Shown here: positions 47,341-54,080 of the stretch, piece after piece
How the letters are laid out: each line of letters starts with the position of its first letter
Numbering within the stretch: position 1 is the stretch's first letter
DNA from: Thermoanaerobaculia bacterium
Lineage (GTDB): Bacteria > Acidobacteriota > Thermoanaerobaculia > Gp7-AA8
Reading direction: 5' to 3'
DNA length: 64,000 bases
NCBI GenBank assembly: GCA_036522835.1
Contig: DATDFB010000093.1
Coordinates: 40,683 to 104,682 of the forward strand
Notes under the pieces: generated by a model
The model's input: the letters and a program-made list of their open reading frames with translations, nothing else
What the model was told of the DNA's origin: nothing
The model's database searches: none
Made by a program: the position numbers and the translations under genes

Positions 47341-47822
47341 TGCCGCGCGCGCAGGTACTGCTGCTGCAGCTGTCGCTGCTGGCCATGGCCGTCACCGGCC
47401 TCGTTTTCGCGTGGATGAAGTACTTCATGAAGAGCGACGATCCCTTCGCGGTCGCGAATCATCCGCTGCAGCCGTACTTCCTCGACGCGCACGTGCTGCT
47501 CGGGCCGATCGCGGTCTTCGCCATCGGATGGGTGTTCGGCAATCACATCTGGCCCGCGTACCGCGGCGGCGCGCCGAACCGCAAAAGCGGCATCGTGGCG
47601 ATGCTCTTCATCGTGCCGATGACGCTCAGCGGGTATCTGATGCAGGTGTCGACCGCGGACGCGGCGCGCAAGGCGTTCGCGGTGGCGCATTGGGTGAGCG
47701 TGGGCTTATTCGCGGCGGGCTACATCGCGCATTTGACGTGGAGTGCGGCGGCCATGCCGCCGCTGTCAGAGCGGCGGCGTGGCCGCCGCACTCCACAGGA
47801 TCAACCGCGAAAGCCGGCGTAG
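47337..47822 (+). CDS. hypothetical membrane protein (4 TM)
   Basis: ATG overlaps the upstream stop (ATGA). Four hydrophobic helices. C-terminal tail is encoded by the REP element and overlaps the gltX 3' end by 57 nt. Confidence 0.5.
   Translation: MMPRAQVLLLQLSLLAMAVTGLVFAWMKYFMKSDDPFAVANHPLQPYFLDAHVLLGPIAVFAIGWVFGNHIWPAYRGGAPNRKSGIVAMLFIVPMTLSGYLMQVSTADAARKAFAVAHWVSVGLFAAGYIAHLTWSAAAMPPLSERRRGRRTPQDQPRKPA
47741..47803. repeat. REP-like palindromic element (second full copy)
   Basis: gtggagtgcggcggccatgccgccgctgtcagagcggcggcgtggccgccgcactccac. Confidence 0.7.
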
Positions 47823-49184
47823 CGTCCGCTCCTTCCCCAAAATCACCGCCACATCGAAGATCGGCGGCGAGGCGCCGCGGCCCGTCAGTGCCAGCCGCAA
47901 CGGATGAATGAGCTTCGCGGCGCTGACGCCGCGCTCCTCGGCGAGCTTGCGCAGCGCGGCCTCGGAGGTGGTCACATCGAACGGCTCGACTGCGGCAAGC
48001 ACGGCGTGGAGCTCGCGCAGGCGGTCGCCGACGTCGTCGCCTTTGAGATGCTTCTTCGCCGCCTCGGCGTCGTACTCGAAGTCGTCGGTGAAGTAGTACG
48101 AGATCTGCTCGGCGATCTCGCGCAGCGTCCGCGCGCGCATCTTGTGCAGCTCGAGGATCGGCCGCAGCTCCTCGACCGTGCGCGGCGCTTCGCCGAGGAA
48201 GGGAACGAGGTGCGCGTAGATCTCGCCGGCGCTCATGCGCATCAGGTACTGGCCGTTCATCCAGAGCAGCTTCTCCGGATCGAACACCGCGGGCGCTTTG
48301 TTGACGTCGCCCAGGTCGAAGAGCTGTGCGGCTTCGTCCTTCGTGAAGAGCTCGCGGTCGCCGCCGGGCGACCAGCCGAGGAGCGTGAGGAAGTTGAAGA
48401 GCGCCTGCGGCACGATCCCGAGGTCGCGGTACTCCTCGGCCGACGTCGCGCCGGTGCGCTTGGAGAGGCGCTTGCGGTCGCTGCCGAGAATCAGCGGCAG
48501 GTGCGCGAAGACCGGCGGCGCCGCGCCGAACGCGCGGAAGAGCACGACGTGCTTCGGCGTGTTGGAGAGGTGGTCGTCGCCGCGCGCCACGTGGGTGATG
48601 CCCATGTCGATGTCGTCGACGACGACGGAGAGGTGATAGGTCGGATGCTTGTCCGAGCGCAGGAGGACGAAGTCGTCGATCAGATCGCCCTCGAAGGCGA
48701 CGTCGCCGCGGATCAAGTCGTGGAACTCGATCGTCCCCGGCTCGACGCGGAAGCGGATCACGTGCGCCGCTTCGGGATTCTGTTCGGCGAGCGCGCGGCA
48801 GCGGCCGGAGTAGCGCCAGGCGCGCCCCTCGGCCTCGGCCGCGACACGCTCTTCCTCGAGCTCCTCGACCGTGCAGTAGCAGCGATAGGCCTTCCCGCTC
48901 GCCACGAGCTCCTCGGCGCGCTGGCGGTAGAGCGCCAGGCGGTCGCTTTGGTAGAGCGGGCCTTCGTTCCACTCCACGCCGAGCCAATGCAGCGAGCTGA
49001 CGATCTGCTCGGCGTGGTGCTGCTTGGAGCGCTCGACGTCCGTGTCCTCGATGCGCAGCAGCATCGTGCCGCCGTAGCGGCGGGCGTGGAGGAGGTTGAA
49101 GATCGCGGTGCGCGCGCCGCCGACGTGGAGGAAGCCGGTGGGAGAAGGAGCGAAACGGAGTTTCAAACGGCGGGAGTCTAACAA
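47766..49184 (-). CDS. gltX: glutamyl-tRNA synthetase
   Basis: RFAPSPTGFLHVGGARTA class-I HIGH region. KLSKR (KMSKS-like). About 470 aa. TTG start chosen 9 codons before RFAPSPTG (ORF opens at 49253). Start uncertain. Confidence 0.8.
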   Translation of the reverse strand: MLDSRRLKLRFAPSPTGFLHVGGARTAIFNLLHARRYGGTMLLRIEDTDVERSKQHHAEQIVSSLHWLGVEWNEGPLYQSDRLALYRQRAEELVASGKAYRCYCTVEELEEERVAAEAEGRAWRYSGRCRALAEQNPEAAHVIRFRVEPGTIEFHDLIRGDVAFEGDLIDDFVLLRSDKHPTYHLSVVVDDIDMGITHVARGDDHLSNTPKHVVLFRAFGAAPPVFAHLPLILGSDRKRLSKRTGATSAEEYRDLGIVPQALFNFLTLLGWSPGGDRELFTKDEAAQLFDLGDVNKAPAVFDPEKLLWMNGQYLMRMSAGEIYAHLVPFLGEAPRTVEELRPILELHKMRARTLREIAEQISYYFTDDFEYDAEAAKKHLKGDDVGDRLRELHAVLAAVEPFDVTTSEAALRKLAEERGVSAAKLIHPLRLALTGRGASPPIFDVAVILGKERTLRRLSRLILWSAAATPPL

Positions 49185-49210
49185 ACGAGTGCTGGCACTA
49201 GAATCGTTCG

Positions 49211-49597
49211 ATGCGACGGCGTGGCTTTTCACTCGTGGAGGTGCTGGTCGCACTCCTCGTATTGGCCATCGTGATCACAACGACGATCGCGATGTTCGCA
49301 GAGCGGCAGAAGCGGCTGCGGCAGGCGCACGAGACGACGCTCGCCTATCAGGTCCTGGGCAACGAAGCCGAGCTCTGGCGGCGCATCGACTTCCACAGCA
49401 TCGACGCGCAGCCGCTGCAGTTTCGGTCGGACACGTCGCTCCTCGCCCCGATGGCGCCGTACGTCGCCTCGGTGAAGATCGACACGCCGCGCGCCGACGT
49501 CCGCAACATCACCCTCACGATCCGCTGGGACCAAGCACGGCACGCGGCATCGCTGGCCCTGGCGCGCGCCGACACGGGCGGGAGCAACCTGTGGTAA
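49211..49597 (+). CDS. prepilin-type N-terminal cleavage/methylation domain protein (pseudopilin / minor pilin)
   Basis: RRRGFSLVEVLVALLVLAIV class III signal motif. Confidence 0.7.
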   Translation: MRRRGFSLVEVLVALLVLAIVITTTIAMFAERQKRLRQAHETTLAYQVLGNEAELWRRIDFHSIDAQPLQFRSDTSLLAPMAPYVASVKIDTPRADVRNITLTIRWDQARHAASLALARADTGGSNLW

Positions 49598-50088
49598 CCC
49601 GCGCGCGCGGCTACTCGCTCATCGAGATCGTCGTCACGCTGGCGCTGTTCGGCACCTTCCTCTTCATTATCGTCATGCTCACCGCGGAGATGCGGCGCAA
49701 CGAGAAGAAGTGGCCGGTCGACTTCATCAGCCATCCGGACGTCGGCGCCGTCGTGTCACGCCTCCGCCGCGACGTCTACGACGCGAAGTACTTCCCCGAC
49801 GCCTGGCAGACGTACACGCAAAGCGACCAGACGCCCATTATCTACACCATCACCTCGGCCGGCTTCGGCGAGACGGTGGTGTGGGACTTCCGCAAACCCG
49901 GCGAGGTCACGCGCCACTCCTGGAACGCGAACCAGCAGCAGGCCGATTGGGTGGCGCGCGCCACGCCGCGCTTCACCACGGCGAAATACGAGGCGCCGAA
50001 CGGCGAGACCGGACTGCACGTCCTCGCCGTCGACGACAAAGGCAAACTTGCGATCGATCAGATCCTCATCCAGCGGCCGCACGACTGA
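49591..50088 (+). CDS. prepilin-type N-terminal cleavage/methylation domain protein (pseudopilin / minor pilin)
   Basis: GTG start. RARGYSLIEIVVTLALFG motif. Confidence 0.65.
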   Translation: MVTRARGYSLIEIVVTLALFGTFLFIIVMLTAEMRRNEKKWPVDFISHPDVGAVVSRLRRDVYDAKYFPDAWQTYTQSDQTPIIYTITSAGFGETVVWDFRKPGEVTRHSWNANQQQADWVARATPRFTTAKYEAPNGETGLHVLAVDDKGKLAIDQILIQRPHD

Positions 50089-50461
50089 GCGGGGCTATGT
50101 CCTCGTCTCCGCCATCGCGCTGGCCATCCTCTACTTCGCTCTGATGGAGCTGATGCTGATCGACTCCTCGCGCGCGCTGCGCGAAGCCCAGCGCTTCCGC
50201 GCGCGCGTCGTGGCCACGACTCTCGCCGAGAGCGCGGCGGAGCTGGCGGCCGCGCAGCTCGTCACGGCGCCGGGCGCGACGGTGAACGCCACGGACGAGC
50301 AAGGGACGATGAGCGCCACGCTCAAGAAGAGCGGGAACACGTTCATGATCGAGGCGCAGGCGGAGGCGACCGGCGTGCCGGCGCAGAAGGCGACGGTGCG
50401 GGTGCAGGGCGACGTGCAGGGAACGCGGGTGAGGGTCGCGTACACGTACCACGGGTACTGA
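50048..50461 (+). CDS. pseudopilin-like protein
   Basis: ERGYVLVSAIALAILYFALMELMLI N-terminal hydrophobic segment. Start uncertain, because the ATG overlaps the previous gene by 40 nt. Confidence 0.5.
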   Translation: MRSIRSSSSGRTTERGYVLVSAIALAILYFALMELMLIDSSRALREAQRFRARVVATTLAESAAELAAAQLVTAPGATVNATDEQGTMSATLKKSGNTFMIEAQAEATGVPAQKATVRVQGDVQGTRVRVAYTYHGY

Positions 50462-50491
50462 TAGGGGCGCACGCTGTGCGCCCCTACCGGG

Positions 50492-50728
50492 TTATCGCGC
50501 CCTCCTCATCATGCCGAGGCCGATCGCGGCGGCGGCGAGACCGCCGAGGACCATGCCCGGGTTCGACTTCGCGTACTCGCGGACCTTGCCCAGCGAGCCG
50601 TTCACGTCGAGATTCTTCGCCTTTGACAGAATGCCGTTGAGACCGCTCGCCTGCCGCTCCGCCACCGGCGTGTCGGTCGGCGGCTGGTACGGATGGAACT
50701 GACTGGTAGGATTCACGTTATCAACCAT
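50492..50728 (-). CDS. small C-terminally membrane-anchored protein (~78 aa)
   Basis: Internal ATG with strong SD (AAAGGAGGAGAGGAATGG). C-terminal GLAAAAIGLGMM hydrophobic anchor. The upstream part of the 156-aa ORF is not coding. Confidence 0.55.
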   Translation of the reverse strand: MVDNVNPTSQFHPYQPPTDTPVAERQASGLNGILSKAKNLDVNGSLGKVREYAKSNPGMVLGGLAAAAIGLGMMRRAR

Positions 50729-51006
50729 TCCTCTCCTCCTTTCCCGTGCTCTATCTATTGCCAGCGCGGTGCCATAAAATCCGCCCGCAATGGCAGGCAA
50801 TCCGCGCGAGAACGCCAAGTCGAAGGGCTTCTGGGACGGCGGCTCGGCCGGGCGCAGCGAGAACGGCCAGTCCGCCGGGCGGCCGAGCGGGTTCCCGGGC
50901 ACGCGCACGCCGAGCAAGACCGGCGTCCGCACCGACATGGACGCTCCTTTGAAACCCAACAAATCCGATCCGCGCCGCTGAGCGTAGAATCGGCATCACA
51001 TCCCTG

Positions 51007-51576
51007 ATGAGCGCGAGCGTCGACTCGTCGGCAGCGTTGATTCCAGCGGTGGCCCAGGGCGACATGGCCGCCTTCGAGGCGGCTTATGACCGTTACTCGG
51101 GCACGCTGTACGCGCTATTGCTGCGCATTCTCGGCAACGCCGAAGATGCGCAGGAAGTGCTGCAGGAAGCGTTCGTCAAAGTCTGGACGACGGCGCGCAT
51201 GTTCGACGCGGCGCGCGGCAGCGAAGTGGCCTGGCTGATCTCGATCGCGCGCAGCAAAGGAATCGACAAGCTGCGCTCGCGCAAGATCCGCTCGGACCGC
51301 GAGAACGACGCCGGGCGGGAAATCTCGATTCACTCGGCTTTCGTAGATAAGACGACGGGGGCGGATGTCGCCATCCTGTCGCAAGAACGAATTGCCGTGC
51401 GCAACGCGCTCGCCGAATTGCCCGAGGCCCAGCGCATCGCACTCGAGCTTGCCTACTTCGAGGGACTCTCGCAATCGGAGATCAGCGAGCGTTTGCACGA
51501 GCCCCTCGGCACGGTGAAGACGAGAATGCAGCTCGGGATGAAGAAACTGCGGGAGCGGCTCCAGGCCTTTCGATGA
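51007..51576 (+). CDS. ECF-type RNA polymerase sigma factor
   Basis: Sigma-70 region 2 (YDRYSGTLYALLLRIL...) and region 4 (LELAYFEGLSQSEISERLHEPLGTVKTRM). Confidence 0.9.
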   Translation: MSASVDSSAALIPAVAQGDMAAFEAAYDRYSGTLYALLLRILGNAEDAQEVLQEAFVKVWTTARMFDAARGSEVAWLISIARSKGIDKLRSRKIRSDRENDAGREISIHSAFVDKTTGADVAILSQERIAVRNALAELPEAQRIALELAYFEGLSQSEISERLHEPLGTVKTRMQLGMKKLRERLQAFR

Positions 51577-52355
51577 TCGCGCACGACGAAGCACAGGAGA
51601 TCGCCGCGCTCGACGCCGTCGGCGCCGCGTCGGCGGAGGAAGAGCGCGACCTCGGCGAGCATCTGGCCGCGTGCGCGGAGTGCCGGCGCGTCCGTGACGA
51701 GTACGCCGAGGCGGTGACGCTCTTGGCGCGCGGGCTCACCCCCGTGCCGCCGCCCGCCGAGCTGCGCGAGCTGGTGGTCAGCGGCGAAGCGGCCGACAAC
51801 GTCGTCGACGCCCGCCGCCGCTTCGGCTCGAGCAAGTGGTGGCTGGCCACGGCGGCCACGATTTTCCTGGCGCTGTGGGGCTGGCGCGAGCTGACGATGC
51901 GCGTCGAGCGCGAGAAGTACGCGACGCAGGAGGCGGAGATCCGGCGCCTGGCCGAGGACAACTTGCGGCTGTCGCAGAACAACGAGAAGCTGAGCGCGGA
52001 AATGGCGTCGCTGGCCTCGGCCGGCACGCGCACGATCTCATTGAGCGGCCAGCAGGCCGCGCCGAGCGCCTCGGCGCGCGTCTTCCTCGAGCCGGAGCGG
52101 CGCCGCGCGATCGTGTTCTTCTACAACCTGCCGGCGAACGCGAAGGACAAGAGCTATCAGCTCTGGATTATCACCGCGAAGCCGCAGAGCGCCGGCGTCT
52201 TCGACGTGACCGGCAGCGGCAACGCCACAATCACGATCGAAAACCTCCCGGTGGCGACGGAGATCAAGGCGCTGGCCGTGACGCTCGAGCCGCGCGGCGG
52301 CGTGGCCCAGCCGACGAATAGCAACTTCTTCGTGATGGGGAGCTCGTCGTTGTGA
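51573..52355 (+). CDS. anti-sigma factor (zinc-finger, RskA-like C-terminal domain)
   Basis: ATGA overlap with the sigma gene. HLAACAECR HxxxCxxC motif. Single TM. C-terminal anti-sigma-K-like domain. Confidence 0.8.
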   Translation: MIAHDEAQEIAALDAVGAASAEEERDLGEHLAACAECRRVRDEYAEAVTLLARGLTPVPPPAELRELVVSGEAADNVVDARRRFGSSKWWLATAATIFLALWGWRELTMRVEREKYATQEAEIRRLAEDNLRLSQNNEKLSAEMASLASAGTRTISLSGQQAAPSASARVFLEPERRRAIVFFYNLPANAKDKSYQLWIITAKPQSAGVFDVTGSGNATITIENLPVATEIKALAVTLEPRGGVAQPTNSNFFVMGSSSL

Positions 52356-52356
52356 C

Positions 52357-52405
52357 GTGGTGACGGGTGACAGGTGACGGGTGACAGGTGACAGATGCAC
52401 ACCAC
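52357..52405. repeat. heptamer array (GGTGACR)x6 flanked by 32-bp direct repeats copying the 3' end of the anti-sigma gene
   Basis: DR1 52325-52356 cttcttcgtgatggggagctcgtcgttgtgac. DR2 52406-52436 cttcttcgtgatgggagctcgtcgctgtgac. Array gtggtgacgggtgacaggtgacgggtgacaggtgacag lies between them. Confidence 0.8.
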
Positions 52406-52476
52406 CTTCTTCGTGATGGGAGCTCGTCGCTGTGACTACGGAAGAGGTACGATATCTGCGTCGTTTGAATGGGCGG

Positions 52477-52710
52477 AGGACCACCATGGCCACGATCACA
52501 TTGAACCTGCCGGATGACGCGCTCGCCGAACTTCAGGAGACAGCGGCGAAGAGCGGCGGGCTCGACAAGTTTTTCGAAAACGCACTAAGCCTCGCCAAGG
52601 TCGTCTCCGACGAGACACGCCTGTCGGATGGGAAGCTGCGTGAGGATCGTGTCGTCGCGATCGCTGACAACGAGGGAAAGGTCCTGAAGAAGGTCAAATT
52701 CGTCAAGTGA
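52477..52710 (+). CDS. small hypothetical protein with RHH-like N-terminus
   Basis: Strong SD GGAGGAccaccATG. MATITLNLPDDALAELQETAAKSG fits a beta-strand plus helix pattern. 78 aa. Confidence 0.5.
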   Translation, partial: RTTMATITLNLPDDALAELQETAAKSGGLDKFFENALSLAKVVSDETRLSDGKLREDRVVAIADNEGKVLKKVKFVK

Positions 52711-52714
52711 CCCC

Positions 52715-53101
52715 ATGAGCGAAGGCCCTCCACCGCCAGGCCCACCACAAGCGCCGCCACCCGCCGCACCGCCGCCATCCGATGGTGGCAGCAATGTGAC
52801 AGTGACCGTCGGCTCGGTGAATCGGAGCACGGCGGAAGACTTCAACCCTGCCAAAGAGAAAGCTCTTGGCGCGCGCGGCATTGCACGGGTTCTGGTTTAT
52901 ACGTTTGCGGGTGCCGTTGCCGCGTTGTTTCTCACGATCGTATTCATCTTCGGCCTAAGCGCGTCACCCTCACAAGCGGGAGCTTTCGTGAAGGCATTCG
53001 TCGAGATCGTACCCGTCATGGAGAACTTCGTGACGAAGGTTTTCGGACCGCTGCTCGCATTCGTGCTGGGGTATTACTTCGGCGAAAAGAAGTCGGCCTG
53101 A
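52715..53101 (+). CDS. small Pro-rich two-TM membrane protein
   Basis: N-terminal PPPPGPPQAPPPAAPPP. Two hydrophobic helices. 128 aa. Confidence 0.5.
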   Translation: MSEGPPPPGPPQAPPPAAPPPSDGGSNVTVTVGSVNRSTAEDFNPAKEKALGARGIARVLVYTFAGAVAALFLTIVFIFGLSASPSQAGAFVKAFVEIVPVMENFVTKVFGPLLAFVLGYYFGEKKSA

Positions 53102-53139
53102 CCCTACAGCCCGACGATGTTTGGAAGCTCGGCGCTGTA

Positions 53140-53207
53140 AGGAGGTGACGGGTCACAGCAAACAGGTGACAGATTGCGATGACCTGTTACCTGTTACCCG
53201 TGACCTG
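53140..53207. repeat. heptamer-array hairpin (GGTGACG/GGTCACA ... CCTGTTACC...) flanked by ~22-bp direct repeats copying the fabI 3' end
   Basis: DR1 53102-53125 ccctacagcccgacgatgtttgga. DR2 53208-53231 acctacagcccaacaatgttgtac. Both encode ...NIVGL* on the minus strand. Confidence 0.8.
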
Positions 53208-53211
53208 TGAC

Positions 53212-53985
53212 CTACAGCCCAACAATGTTGTACCCGCAATCGACGTACAACACCTCGCCCGTGATCGCCGACGACATCGGCGACAGCAGGAAGAGCGCGC
53301 TGTTTCCGATCTCCTCGAGCTCCACGTTGCGGCGCAGGGGCGCCTTGTCGGCGTAGTGCTTGAGCATCCCGGTGAAGCCCTTGATCCCGCGTGCGGCTAA
53401 GGTGTTGACCGGGCCGGCGGAGATGGCGTTGACGCGGACGTTCTTCGGGCCGAGGTTCGCGGCGAGGTAGCGGACCGAAGCTTCGAGCGAGGCCTTGGCC
53501 ACGCCCATCACGTTGTAGCCCTCGATCGCCTTCACCGCGCCGTAGTACGACATGGCCAGCACCGCGCCGCCGCCGCTCTTCTCGAAGAGCGGGACGGCCG
53601 CGCGCGTCAGACCGACGAGCGAATAGGCAGAGATGTCGTGCGCGGTCTTGTAGCCGTCGCGCGAGGTCTTGAAGAAGTCGCCCTCCAGATCTTCGCGCGG
53701 CGCGAAGGCCACCGAGTGCACGAGCGCGTCGAGCCGTCCGAACTTGGCGTCGACCTCGGCGAAGACGCCGTCGATCTCCGCGTCGCTCGTGACGTCGCAG
53801 GGGAGCAGCAGCGCGTCCGGCAGCGTCGAGCTCAGCGCCTCCACGCTCTCCTTCAGCCGCTCGCCCTGGTAGGTGAAGGCGAGACGCATCCCCTCGCGCG
53901 CGAGCGCCTGCGCGATCGCCCAGGCGATGGAGCGCTTGTTGGCGACACCGAAGATGAGGCCGGTCTTGCCTTCGAGTAATGCCAT
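53212..53985 (-). CDS. fabI: enoyl-[acyl-carrier-protein] reductase (NADH)
   Basis: MALLEGKTGLIFGVANKRSIAWAIA N-terminus. Y-x6-K catalytic pattern (SYYGAVKAIEGYNVMGVAKA). Confidence 0.9.
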   Translation of the reverse strand: MALLEGKTGLIFGVANKRSIAWAIAQALAREGMRLAFTYQGERLKESVEALSSTLPDALLLPCDVTSDAEIDGVFAEVDAKFGRLDALVHSVAFAPREDLEGDFFKTSRDGYKTAHDISAYSLVGLTRAAVPLFEKSGGGAVLAMSYYGAVKAIEGYNVMGVAKASLEASVRYLAANLGPKNVRVNAISAGPVNTLAARGIKGFTGMLKHYADKAPLRRNVELEEIGNSALFLLSPMSSAITGEVLYVDCGYNIVGL

Positions 53986-53999
53986 GGGCGGATTCTATG

Positions 54000-54062
54000 C
54001 GAATGCAGAATGCAGAATGCAGAACGCAGAATTTTTGGCGCGGCGCCTCTTTCTGCATTCTG
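54000..54062. repeat. heptamer-array hairpin (GAATGCA)x4 ... loop ... (TGCATTC)x2
   Basis: gaatgcagaatgcagaatgcagaacgcagaa-tttttggcgcggcgcctcttt-ctgcattctgcatt in the divergent fabI / S9-peptidase intergenic region. Confidence 0.8.
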
Positions 54063-54080
54063 CATTAGGCTTCCGCCGCC

